64,000 nucleotides of DNA, taken from positions 32,001-96,000 of the forward strand of contig CAWEHK010000017.1 of assembly GCA_963808625.1 (NCBI GenBank), written 5' to 3'. Each line of letters begins with the position of its first letter. Within the stretch, counting starts at the first letter, position 1. Shown here in pieces: positions 20,864 to 32,700 of the stretch. Source of the DNA: an uncultured delta proteobacterium. GTDB lineage: Bacteria > Desulfobacterota > Syntrophobacteria > Syntrophobacterales > Syntrophobacteraceae. The position numbers were made by a program, and so were the translations under genes. The notes under the pieces were generated by a model, which had not been told where the DNA came from, did no database searches, and was given only the letters and a program-made list of their open reading frames with translations.

Positions 20864-23387
20864 TCACTCCATGTAGTTGGTCTTGAGTTTCAAGGTTGCG
20901 TAAGTTTGCCTGAGTCTTGGGATCGATGGCCCGAACCTCAAATGACCCTTCAAAATCGTCATCCATTCTGAGCGGCACCTTGATGGCCTGACCCAGCTGG
21001 ATTTTGATGAAATTCGTTGAGGGGTCGAGGTAATGGCACGAAGCCGCTTCGCCGACCACTTTCCCTTTGGCATAGGCCTCCAGCTGGAACTCGAGTTCGT
21101 TGGCTCCAAATCCCTCGATTTGTTCCCGGAATAGGACGATCTCCACCATCGGCCTGCGCGTCGTGACGCTGTCGGTCGCCCCGCCCTTGTAACTGATCCT
21201 GAGATTGCCGGGCCGCCCCTCCTTTTGCACCTTCTTTTTTGCGGTTACACAGAGCACGGGAAGGACGCATTCCTGGAGCGACAGCCCCCCATGAAAATAC
21301 GGGCTGGACCTTCCAAAGGTCCCGAAACTTCTCGGGACCACAAGGGTATCCACTTCTCCCTTGATGCCCACCTGCTCGGCTTCAAAAGCAACCGTGCCCG
21401 GGCCTCCGGAGCCGCTGCCCAGAAGGTAACGGTCCTTTGCCTGCAACCAGTCGCCCGCAGGCTTTGGTACCGACGTCCCCGGCTTCCTGCTCCTCCAGCA
21501 GGATGAAGCCGTGATCGGTTGCCAGCACCACATGACCAAAGCCCAGTTCCCTCAATTTGCTGATGGCTGCCGGGAGCTTCTTCAGAACCGCCGGGATAAA
21601 CCGGGCCGTGTCCTGCGCCAGGTGCGTCCCCAAGTCATCGACGTCCTTGGTTTTCAGCATGACCAGCTGGACGGTCTCGGGAAACTGCAATTTCTTTTGC
21701 TTGAGGAACTTATCGAGATCCATCATCGCACAGCGGTCGCCATAAAGCGCCTGGACGGCCTTGAGCCGGTCTGACGGGTCTTTGATTTCGCGCTCGCTGA
21801 TCATGGGAATCAGGTCTCTCATCCTTGCGAATCAGGCGGAGATTGCCTTCCGCTTCGGGCATCAGCGCCGCCATCCCTACTTTGGTGACCGTCGGGAGCT
21901 GTGCTGCAACCGCATGGAGCTCTACAGTGTAGTCTTCGAGAAGACGTGGCTGGAGTTCAGCGGCCAATTCAAAGCGAAGGGCGTCAATGAGAAGCAGAGC
22001 GATGTTTTCGCGTTCTTCCAGTTTGGGCGCCAGAAACTTCTCAAAAACCTGAGTCTGTCTCAGATATCCGGACGGGGGCCACCCCTCTTTTTCCACCAGA
22101 GCAACAAACCCATCCTGCACTTCTTCCGCGAATTTCAAATAGCGCTGCCGAGCCTTCTCCACAAACTCTGCGACCGCAGCCCAATTCGCCATAAGCATCG
22201 TTCACCGCCTGCTCAAAAACCCGGTGCAGGGTATCAAGCTGTCGCAGCCTTTCCGTGTAATAGGAAATCAGCGCCGTTAGGTCGCCGGCCTGCTTTTTCC
22301 ACTCAGGCTTGCTCTCGTCGACTTTTGAAATGAGCTCCAGTCCTCGTTCGGCAATTGTCCAGAGAAGCATTCGTTCGGCCTCGCGCGCCCAGACGGAATT
22401 CAGCCGGAAAGCGGCAATCTCCCGCGCCCGCTCGATCTCTCCTGCTTCCGCGGCAGCAAGGAACTGGAGCAGGAAACTCTCCTCTTCAAACGAGAAGGTA
22501 TCGCGCTTGCCAAAATCCTTGAGGTGTTTGAGTCGCTCCTCGAGGTTCAGTTCGACAGCCGCTTTGTTGGCCATTTCGAGGTAGGCATTTTGATGCTTTG
22601 ACGCCGTGCGCAAGGTGTCACAGACGTTGAAGATCAGGGCACCATGAGATGCCTTCACCCTTGGGCACGTCCTTCAGGTCTTCAGGGATTTCACCGGGAA
22701 GGTCCAGGACCAATTCAGTGAAGAGCACATACCTGGCCAGCTCTTCCTGGATCGGCCGCCATTTCAGGCTTTTGGTTTTGAGCTTGAGTCCCAGCGTCAC
22801 CCTGGCAAAATGTTTGAACTCCGCAGGCCAGGCATCATCTTCTTCCAGGGCCTTCCGTTGTGTTTCCGTGGGTGAGAGCAGGGCAACGAGAATCTCCGCT
22901 GCCGATTCGGTCTTGAGAAGGCTCCTCAACTTGGGCCAGTTCGGTCCGCTGTCGATGGCATCCACCGTGTCGAAATCGGGGATGCCGGCCTCGAACAGTT
23001 GATCCACTTGCTGCTGAAAATCGGGTTTCGCCTTGCGACAGAGCGCCTGATACGCGTCCCCGTCGTCATAGGGGAACTCGCTGCCGCCAATGGCAAAGGC
23101 CTGATAGGGGTTTCGCTGTCGTTCCACTTCCGTTTTGGGCTTTGGGATCGGGAGATAGATTACCAGGGACTGGAGCTCGTCCGCAGATTCCGCCAGCCGG
23201 CGCCAGGCCTCCATGGCTTCTTCTCTGGCCAGGATGGTGGACTGGCTGCCGTCGATCACGCGGCATTCGGGTTCCTCCAGATCTCCACGATTTCCCGGTA
23301 TCGCTCTTCGGGATCGTAAAGCACCAGGCATGCGGACTGCTCCAGCCGCTTTTGAAAGTGGTCTTTCAAGAACTCACGGATTTTCAT
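20864..23387 (-). CDS. pglZ: BREX PglZ alkaline-phosphatase-like protein; multiple frameshifts
   Basis: LVLYDPE N-terminus, LLIDALRFELA, AQLPTVTKVGMAALMP, VLATDHGF, YFHGGLSLQECVLP. Confidence 0.9.
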
Positions 23388-23644
23388 TCTACTTCATCAC
23401 TGTCTGGCCGAGTGAAAGTCACCTCGTGGCGATTTGCAGACCAGCGCTCCTTCACGAAAGGCTCTTCGATGACCTCTCCCTTGCCCCTCATACGTTTGTG
23501 GGCGTTGATGATCTCGTCATCGATAAGCGCCATCTCCAAGGCTCTGTTAACTGCTTCGGTGTCCCTTCTCACGCCGAAAATGCGGCGCAACCGATCGATG
23601 TAGTCCTGGTTCATCTTCATGGTTTTTTTGACGAGTCTTGACAC
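23384..23644 (-). CDS. VapB-like antitoxin (orphan), translationally coupled to pglZ
   Basis: KKTMKMNQDYIDRLRRIFGVRRDTEAVNRALE pattern; ATGA overlap with the pglZ start. Confidence 0.6.
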   Translation of the reverse strand: MSRLVKKTMKMNQDYIDRLRRIFGVRRDTEAVNRALEMALIDDEIINAHKRMRGKGEVIEEPFVKERWSANRHEVTFTRPDSDEVE

Positions 23645-23701
23645 AGTTCTCCCTGCTCAGTACACCTCTGCACAAAAAAGTGTCCGAAAATTTGTAGCCT
23701 C

Positions 23702-23867
23702 GTAGGTTGGGTTTCGTTCCTCACCATGATTGCGGTCCACAATGCCGTGATTGATCGAGGAACGAAACCCAACATTTCGCTTCAGTTGGTCGGCTTTTGT
23801 TGGGTTTCGTTCCTGGGATATTCCACAATTTCATGCGTATTTCGTAACGGAACGAAACCCAACCTAC
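23702..23867. repeat. GTAG-type REP cluster (two nested inverted pairs)
   Basis: gtaggttgggtttcgttcc...ggaacgaaacccaac...gttgggtttcgttcc...ggaacgaaacccaacctac. Confidence 0.8.
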
Positions 23868-23920
23868 AAGACTGTCTGGCCAATCACAGAAATCCTCAAA
23901 AGAGACCGTCTCCCGCCATC

Positions 23921-24484
23921 CTACGTCGGTAGCGCGAACAGCTCTCGTGCCACGAGCTCCAGTCCGATTGCCTCGATCCGGAAAGTCTCATCTTCCTGGT
24001 ATAGTTCAGGCTTCTTATAGATCCCGGCCTCGAGAGTGTATTTCTCAACGTATTCCCGGTCCGGGTGAACTATGAAATACTCTTTGACACCGAAACGTTC
24101 GAACTGGTTCCGCTTCTGCTTGCGATCTTTGGTCTCCGTGCTGGGGGAGATCACTTCAAAGACCACATCCGGCGCCCCAAAAATGCCTGCCTCTTTGATT
24201 CTGGATCGCTCACAGACAATGAGGACGTCCGGTTGTACAACGTCCTTATCAGAGAGGATTACATCTATCGGCGCCATGAAAACCCGGCAAGGGTAACCTT
24301 TGCTTTCCATGTCCCTTTCCAGGACATAAGCTATCCTTAAGGTAACCGCCTGATGGACCGTAGTGGGAGCCGGGGTCATGTCGTAGATTTCCCCATCCAA
24401 GATCTCGCAGCGTAGGTCATCAGGAAACCCCCTGTAGTCCTCGTAAGTGTATGAAGTCTTTTCTTCTGCCAGGTTTGTTGCCAT
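23921..24484 (-). CDS. Uma2-family endonuclease
   Basis: YTYEDY, EILDGEI, PAP...HQ, VVQPDV, GAPDVVFEVISPST...D...K...GVKEYFIV. Confidence 0.9.
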   Translation of the reverse strand: MATNLAEEKTSYTYEDYRGFPDDLRCEILDGEIYDMTPAPTTVHQAVTLRIAYVLERDMESKGYPCRVFMAPIDVILSDKDVVQPDVLIVCERSRIKEAGIFGAPDVVFEVISPSTETKDRKQKRNQFERFGVKEYFIVHPDREYVEKYTLEAGIYKKPELYQEDETFRIEAIGLELVARELFALPT

Positions 24485-24576
24485 CCCTCGTTTCCTCATG
24501 TGTATGGTTTCCTGCGCTTATCGCCGGACCCCTTTAAAAATGGTCTTTCAAGAAGTTGCGAATCTTCATTAGGCAA

Positions 24577-24810
24577 TCAGCTCTGGCGTTTGCTCGCGTG
24601 AAGGATGGTCAAGCCAACCACCTCATCTTCCTCGTACCGAATGATGACGTCATCATCGGTCAATTCGCTGTCGGTGGCGGTGCTCGGCTTCTTGAAGTTG
24701 ATGTAGAGTACATCTGCCTCAGCATCGTAGGAAGACCAGAGATATCGTTGTGGGGCTTGCCTGACCGCTGCGATCAGGGGCAAATAGTCTCTTACTGTAA
24801 CGGTGGCCAT
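24577..24810 (-). CDS. DUF2283 family protein
   Basis: YDAEADVLYINF...VVGLTILHASKR. Confidence 0.85.
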   Translation of the reverse strand: MATVTVRDYLPLIAAVRQAPQRYLWSSYDAEADVLYINFKKPSTATDSELTDDDVIIRYEEDEVVGLTILHASKRQS

Positions 24811-24833
24811 GTCACTCTAACGGCCCAATCTGC

Positions 24834-25055
24834 TCAGGCTGCATACCGGATCACTTCGATCTCTGCGGCAACGTCCACTCTGTCGAGCATCTCTTCCACA
24901 CGGCTCATTACGGCATCCTCCAGCAAGTATTCGCTGCAGTTGTCACACTGGAGCACCGGCAGATCCTTAAAGATGACGATGGTTTTATCGCGCACCTTGA
25001 AAGGGAGATCCGTGGCCGACAACCTCATCATGGACCCGCATACGTGGCATTTCAT
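24834..25055 (-). CDS. YgiT/MqsA-type zinc-finger protein
   Basis: MKCHVCG...KDLPVLQCDNCSEYLL. Confidence 0.85.
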   Translation of the reverse strand: MKCHVCGSMMRLSATDLPFKVRDKTIVIFKDLPVLQCDNCSEYLLEDAVMSRVEEMLDRVDVAAEIEVIRYAA

Positions 25056-25057
25056 GA

Positions 25058-25396
25058 CTACCGCCTCCTCGTTTTCAGGTCCGCCTCCCACTCCTCGGGG
25101 TTTGGACGATAAACGGTGATAATTCTCATATTATCTCCTTCCACGTCGGTCGCGCACAGTACATGGAAGATTTCGCCTCGATACACTGAATACAAAAGAT
25201 AGCTTGGGAAGTATCTGTCCTCCGGATATTTTTCAATCATTTCAAAGCTGTTCCGTGAAGAGATGATCGCTTTCCGAGAGATGGACCTGCCCTTCAGACG
25301 CATATTAACATGGTAGGTCCAGAAGATCTTTCCTTGCTCCATGCAGCGACGGATAAATGTCAAAGGATCATCTGGAAACCTTCGCTCATCGTTCAT
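25058..25396 (-). CDS. DUF4258 family protein (putative toxin of a TA-like pair)
   Basis: WTYHVNMRL..RSIS, IEKYPED, FHVL, IITVYRPNPEEWEADLKTRR. Confidence 0.85.
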   Translation of the reverse strand: MNDERRFPDDPLTFIRRCMEQGKIFWTYHVNMRLKGRSISRKAIISSRNSFEMIEKYPEDRYFPSYLLYSVYRGEIFHVLCATDVEGDNMRIITVYRPNPEEWEADLKTRRR

Positions 25397-25443
25397 TCAT
25401 GCTATCCTGTGTTACTTCGGCAATCCAGCTCGGAACTTCAAAA

Positions 25444-28400
25444 TTACCGCTTGGCTCTTGCTCTTTTCGGTTTGTCCGTTTTCGGCTCTTCATAAAGCTC
25501 TTCCAGGTCGTGGGCGATGGCGATGGAGCGATCGGTCTTGCACTTCTCGCGAACCCGGTCCGGCCAGATGCTGTAGGCCAGGTGCGCCCAGTCGTATTCG
25601 CCGGCTTCGAGCTTCTCCCAGCACGCCTTCAAATCCTTCTGCCACTTGGGCAGGCGGAACAGTTTCCAGAGCGGGCTGGCGGTGATCAGCACGCCGTCGT
25701 TCAGGTTCGGCCGGTAGGGAAGTTGGGCGACCCGCAAGAGCTCGTCACGGAATTCCTTGAGTTCCTGCTGCAGCTTCTGGTGCCTTTCAAGCTGGTCCCG
25801 CTGTTTGGCGGTTCCGCCTTGAAGCACTTCTCCTCGCAGGCGCTCGATGTCCTGGTTCACTTCTCAAGCTTGGGCTTCACGAAGTCGTTCACGCACTGGA
25901 ACAGCGTCTGGTCGGTCAGGCGGTGGTAGTAGATCCAGAGCGTATAGATCCGGAGCGGTGGAGAGCGGCCAGTAGATGGGCGCTTTCCGCCGGCTCTTGG
26001 AGTAGCGCTTCAGGTGGTCGGCGAAAGAAGCCGGCGGGCTTGCGGAAATAGTCGCGCAGGCTACACCCCGAGGATTTCGCAGGCTTCCTGCTCGATGGCC
26101 TGGGCCCGTTCACCCCAGAGAAGTTCGAGCACTTCGCGCACTCGGCGGACGATGTCCTCAGGGTGCGTCTGCGTTGCGTCGCCGTCCGAGTCATCGAGCA
26201 AGATGCCGCTCCAGGTGATCCGCAGCGGGTATTCTTCATCGGGAATGGTTGGTCTTGAGACCGACCTTCCGGGGGCAGGGTAATTGCGTTTGGCCGCGCC
26301 CGGAGCCATTCTTCGCTGACGATCCGGCCGGGTTTGGCTGGAAGGCCGTCGGGGGCCGCGAGCATACCTGGGGGCAAACGGGAAGTGCATGGGAGAAGGA
26401 TCTGACAATTTGGGTGCGAGTAATGGATCTATAGCGATGCGGGCGTCCCCAACACCCGAAGACGATGCCTACTATTGTTGATATTTCGCTGTGTGCTGCA
26501 AACCACTTACATCCGAAGCCAAATCAACGTCACATACAGGGGATTCGACCTTAGGCTGTCTTATCCGAAAAGAATCAATCTCTGCTCGCTTTGGCTGGAA
26601 AACTTTGTATGTACAGATTGATTCCTCATGACAACACATCTCTGCTTCAAGGCATACTTCGCGTGATGAATCAACTAGACGATTGATGAATGATGCATTA
26701 TCCAAAATTCCAATTCCTGATCGAATAATTGAAAACAGCGATTGAGTCTCATCAAGACGCTGAGCATCTCGAAGCGTATCTATTGCCGACTCAACCAGTG
26801 CTCTACATTTCTCCATATTTGACAATGGATGGTATGGTAAGAGGTTGACGTAGCCAGAATACTTATGTTGTCCAGAATATATTTATTGAGGGAGAATCTG
26901 ACCAAAGGTGTATTGAGAAGGGCAAGTGCATCCAATGCTCTATTTTTTTCTCTAATCGGAATTGATTGGCCTTCGACTTGGTGAAAATATGATTGCGTGG
27001 TAGGACATGAGTCAAAAACTCACCTCTCTTCCCCAAAGCAAATACCCGGCAGCAACTATACCCGATTCGGATTACAGTGGCGCTGTCTTTCGGAAGAGAT
27101 TCAGGAGGGACATCAGCAAGGACGCAATCATGAAGTGTTGTGCAGTATGGTGCAAATCCCGACCCATTAAACATTCTCGCCACAAATCCCATAGACGTTG
27201 GGCTCGAAATTTCCCACCACAGGCGGAAGTGCTTATCGGCTTTCAGCGCATGGCCTTGGTTTGCTTTCAGTCCAGAACGTTCCAGGGACGGACATTCCAT
27301 AAAAGCAACTATCAAAAATTCGGGAAAGTCATATCCGACGACAGCGTTTGGAAGATGTTGAAAGGATGAACCTTTTTCACAGAAAGTTCTGTCTTTTTCC
27401 AGTCCACTGCAAAAAGCACAAATTGAATCCAGAATGTAGAGAACCTTGCTGTCAGCATCGACTTCCCTGGAATCGATAAAAACCCCTCTATTTGAAGGAG
27501 GTTGATGATTCAAAATGGAAGTTGTGACTTCGACATTAGCATCGAGCACTCCCCATCCAAGGTCTGCCATTGCGCTGAGGCGATTATCTAAATAATGCGG
27601 TCCTGCGAAAATCCTCATATGTGCTCTTAACGATTGCCGTTCTGTCGTAAATAGCACCAACCGCTCCCTTGGGGTGAGACATTTGGTAACCTATTTCAAG
27701 GAAGGAACAGAGTATATTTTTGTTCCATGTCGGATAGGTGCGGGCGAAATAATCTGATAAGTGAGAAGATACTTCACCAAACGGCGGATTCATCAGCACC
27801 ACATCGTACTTCTTCCGACAGAGATCGATGAACGCAAATCCCTGCGCTGCATCTTCCGCAAAGAGCTTGCGTTGGTAGCCTTTGCCGTTAGCTAGCCTTT
27901 TCGGCAAAATGCTTCAATGCTTCCAGCACCCAGCCTTCTAGCTTGATCCCAGAATTCTTCCTTTTTGATTTCCTGCAGGGCCATGCGGAGTTCGAGCTGC
28001 CTCGGCGGTTGTCGGTCAGGCCACATGTGCAGCTGACCGACGGTTGTCCGCGCCGGACATCTTCCCATTCCTTCCTAACTCTCTCGATGGCACTCGCGAA
28101 GCTCTTCCTCGATCTTAAGGAGTGATCCCGCTTCGCCGGCAAGCTGCATTTTGTCCCAGACTTCCCGGACCAATTCGCCCACAATCCGCTGCTCGCCCCG
28201 GAAGGAGCCGATGAATTCCTCCAGGAGGTCCTTCTCTCCCGGCATGGGTTCGGCGCAAACGACATTGGCCCGGGTGATGCGTGGGCGCTCCGCAGGTTTC
28301 AGTCCCAGCTTCTGGTAGGAGTCGCTGCACTCTCAGCCAAAGCGAGAGGCCGGCAATCTGGCAGGCGCGCGGGTCGATATCGATGCCGTGGATGTTGTGG

Positions 28401-29530
28401 CGCAGGATGAGCTCCGGAACTCGCTTCAGGAAATCTTCTTTGGTGCGGCAGACCTCGCGCAGATCCGGCATGAGCTCTGGATAGCGGTCCCAGGCTTCCT
28501 CATAGATGTGCTCATAGAGGTCAAAGGCATACAGGCCGAAGTGCATGGAGCCGCAGGCCGGGTCCAACATGCGGATCTCCCGCGGGTCTTTCAAAGGGCG
28601 ATGTGCGATGTAAACGGGTTCCTTGAGCAGTTCTTCCTGCGTCTTCTCCGCCGTCTCTTCTTTATCGGCTGGGGGAGCTTCTTCACCTTCTGCCAGAAAG
28701 ATCTCATTGGGCCGCCGGACCAGGTAGCGGCATTCCTCCTTGAGGCGCGTCTCGCCTTTGGTCATTTCATACCAGATGCGCCCCAGGGTGTTGTCGGTCA
28801 GGAATTCCACCACGTAGCGCGGGGTGAAAAACTGGTTGCGAACCGCCAGTTCCCGGCTGTTCCGGGGAGCCGCCGAAGCCTTGCGCATGGCTTCCCGCTC
28901 TTCCTTGGAGTTGAAATACTGGTAGATCCAGCCGATGGCCTCGTCTTCTTTCCAGACCTCTTGCAGTTCGGCATCGTCCAGGACCGTCAATACTTCCAAC
29001 AGCGCTGGCTCTCTCGGGAAGAGCAGGCCAAAGGGCGAGAAGTGATCGAAAAGCAGGCCAAGATCCAGGGATATTTCATCGAAGAGGCACTGCAGAAAAA
29101 TCCGGTAGCGCTCGTATGCGTCGCCCAGGCTGCTCCCGGCCGTGGTGCAGTAGACTTGAAAACCGCGGGATTGGAAGCCGTTTCGAATGCATTCCTGCAC
29201 AATGCCGCGCTCTTCGCACATGCGGAGCGCTGCCAGGCGATTCAAGACGGTGAACGCCTGCTCCCGGATAACGCGGTCGATGGCTTCCCGTGCGGCTTTC
29301 CTGTCTGTGGATTGCCCATCCGCCAGGTGGTCGATGCGTTCGCGCAAGAGCGAGGCAATGGTGTGATGCTCATCGTCGAGGTGGGTCAGCGAGGTGAGGC
29401 CGGCCATTTCGCCGGTCGGCTGTATCCCGTAGAGACTCTGCAGCTGCCCGGTGAATTCGTCGGTCAGGATGCGGCGGCAGGAGGCCACCATCTTTTGCAG
29501 CTTATTGCGAGTTGAAGAGTCAAATGGCAT
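25444..29530 (-). CDS. pglX: BREX PglX adenine DNA methyltransferase; multiple frameshifts
   Basis: FTVLNRLAALRMCE, IGWIYQYF, NQFFTPRYVVEFLTDNTLG, LDPACGSMHF, YDVVLMNPPF, C-terminal NDGV...GEYDWAHLA. Confidence 0.9.
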
Positions 29531-29602
29531 ATGGGATCTTCTCCGTTCTCTCTTGGATTCCTGATCATTGGACTCGCGCGAGTCATGGTCTGAGTGTCTC
29601 TT

Positions 29603-29685
29603 ACCGCAGAGATCAGCAGATTGGACGCCTGATGATAAATCCCATATACATACATTCTCTGCGCATCTCAGCGTTCTCTGGCGGT
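29603..29685. repeat. Degenerate inverted GCAGAG-repeat pair between brxC and pglX
   Basis: accgcagagatcagcaga ... ctctgcgcatctcagcgttctctggcggt; same family as 33415-33694 and 48111-48180. Confidence 0.6.
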
Positions 29686-29760
29686 GAGTTCATGTCTTTC
29701 CACTTCCTGCTGGTCGGTCTCGCGCGTAAACTCAATTACTCTTCTTACGGTATGGCCCGT

Positions 29761-32700
29761 TCAGGCGCCATTTTCCTCTGCTATTTTCCACTCGACTCTA
29801 ATTGTAGTTGATTTCCCCAGTTTCTTCTTGAGGTTTGACAACTCGCGAATGATGGCGTCAATCTCATCGGCAGTGGAAAACACCACAGGCAAAGCCGGGA
29901 AGGGGATCAAGAGCTCCGTAGGCGTCTCAACCCCCTCTTCGCCGCCGTTGGTTGTTATGCTCGTTTGGATTTCATTTTCAATAAGCTCCAATTGCTGCAT
30001 CAGGCTGTAATGATCGTTGATCACTTTCTGCATGCCGGCAAGATCGGCTGCCGCTTCAATCTTTAAGGCATCCAACCGGCCGGCGATGCGAAGACGGTCC
30101 TCCCCGCTCAACTGCCCCCATTCATCCGCCTGCTGGAGTCGTTCCTTTTCCTTCTCAAGCCATTCCTGCTCTTTTTGCAGGAGTTTTGATGCCAGCTGCT
30201 TGATTTTGCTGTCGAGCGCCGTCAGGTGGGTCTGAAACTCAGGGATGGCATCAAAAAAGTCTTTTCGTTCCACGAGTTCCTGCAGACTCAGGCGGGCCAT
30301 GTCGGTTTCATCGATCAACTGGCCGGGAATCCCGAAGGCGGGCAGCGACGGGATCGCAACGAGGTATCGGTTGACTTTCCGAATGATGGCTTCAATCCCG
30401 TTATCAAAGGCCTTCTTCACCTTGCTCGCCCAGATCAGGTTGTCATGGAGTGGGCAGGCCTCGCCTCCCAGCCTGTGGGTGGCATCCGAGGCATCCCCTT
30501 TCAGGATTTCGGTAATCCTGTCCTGAACACTCTGCGCGATATCGACGCCAGGGAGCTCCAGATTCTTGAGCTGAGCACAAAGGGGCGCAAAGTCCTGTTG
30601 AAAATCCGGGAAGTGCCTCATGACCCCCTTGCTGATATCTTCCTCCAGGGGCAGGACGTTTTCCCCGGTCAGCTCCAGCAGCCTTTCCGATGCCCGCAGC
30701 CGCATTTCGGGTGAAGGTTTGCCTTCGGACCGCAAGGCGACGCCGATCTTATTGAAGCTCGTGGTGTTGCTCAGGACCTGGACAGCGGTGTCGCCCCGGA
30801 CGGTGATATCCTGGCCGCTGACTCGCAGCTTGATCTCCCCGCCAACCAGAAGGGCGGCCACAAGATAGCGCGTGGTGTCCTTGGACCAGCCATAAGGCGA
30901 GGCATAGAAGTCGTCCAGAATTTTCTTGCCGTCCGTCTGGCCGTACTTGTCGAGATAGTCTTTGATCGAAACGAGCGCCTTGTGCCCGAGATCGATCCCT
31001 GTGGTCTTTCCGATCTTCTTCACCAGCTTCAGCGGGTCGTCTTTGGATGCGATCTTGTCCAGATGATCCGTCTTGAGAAAGCGTTCGGCGACAGCAGATT
31101 CCACCTGGACAGGGGCTTCGGAATATTTTTCAAATACGTCCTCGGCGACTTTTTTCAGGAATTTTTTGGCGGCTTCCTTGAGCTCGGAGTCCAGTTCGGA
31201 AACCGGTTTGGGTTGCCCGCGAAAGATGAATGAGCCTTTGGAGAGTCCCTTGACCAGAAGGGTTCCGAGCTCCGTAGTCTTGGTCTCGGATCGTTGAAGC
31301 TGACCGTTGAGGTAGTCTGCAACCTCTTTTTCGGCGGCCTTGTTGCGATACTGATTGTATATCGATCGGCATCTGAAGATTTCGATGAGGGTGTCATCCA
31401 CTTCGGGATCTTCTCGCCCGAGGAGATAGATTATCTTGCGATTGGCGCCCTGTTGGGATTCCAGGACGGCATTCCGGCGCCGCCCTTCATAAGTCGCATC
31501 CGAAATGAACTCAAGGTGCGTTTGGATCTCTTCTTTGTCACCCAGAAGGGAGACCGTCAATCCATTGCTCACGATTTTGATCCCGCAGTTGACGGTCCGG
31601 GTGCCCGCAAGCTGGGTGTTGGGCAGAGGCGTGAACATCTCCCGCAATTTGGCATTGAGGATGTTGCGAAGGTCAATCGCTCCGGGAATGATCTTGCGGC
31701 GCTCGTTTTCCAGGATAGTGACCGCCTCGCTCATGAACCGGAGGCTCCCGTCCACTTCGCTGAGAGGGATGGCCTGCTCCTTCAGGAGATCCTCCACGGC
31801 TTCTTTGACTTGAGGAAGCAGGGAAGCGCTCTCCACCGAAGGATGCATCAACGCAGCCAGGTTTTCCCGGCTGACCGGGAAATCTTCCAGCACTTGCAGA
31901 ACGGCAATCGATTTCGCAGCGTGAGCATGGAGAGAGTCTGCGCCAAAAATGGTCTGCACCTTTTCCACGCCCTCAACGATGTGGCGGAACGACCGCTGGA
32001 TGTCTCTGCGCAGGGTGTCATAGAGCACCACCGTGGTCGCCAAAGTCCCGGTTTCCTGATCGGCCAGCAGGGGTTCTCCGGGCCGGACGCCGCTCTGGTC
32101 CACCAGAACGTCCTGGACGACCTTGATGGCGGATCGCAGCCCAATGCCGCCGCTCGTTTTGGCGAGGCGGCTCAGGAGCTCCAGGAGGATGTCGAAATGC
32201 TGCGGGAGAAAAGGATAGAGATCGCAAAAGGTCTTTTGTTCCAGATCGGATTTGTAGTAGCGGGTGTTCGCCAGTTGGGTCGCATAGCGCAGGACATGAC
32301 CCTTGGAATCAAAAAGAGCCTTCAGCGTGTCCTGGCCCTGTTTTGATTTGCCGAGGAGGCGCTTGATGCAGATTTCCTTGATGTCACTGGCTTCCAGATC
32401 AATAGGAACGGGAAACCGGTCTTTGAGCTTGAAGAGCTTGGCCGTGTTCATGTGTGCCCGCGGATCATCTTCCGTCAGCGTTTGCTGAGCGGTGGCAATG
32501 ATCCAGGCGTGGCCCCCGCCGATATTTCTGATGTTCTTGGCGAGCCCATCCAGGTTCAAAATCAGCGCATCACGAGCCATCACATACTGGCCCACCTCAT
32601 CGAGGATGAAGAGGATGTTTTGCTTCCCGGAACGGCGGCGAATCAGGTCGATCATGCTCCGAACCCGATCATCTTCTTTTTCGGCCTCATCCACGGTGAT

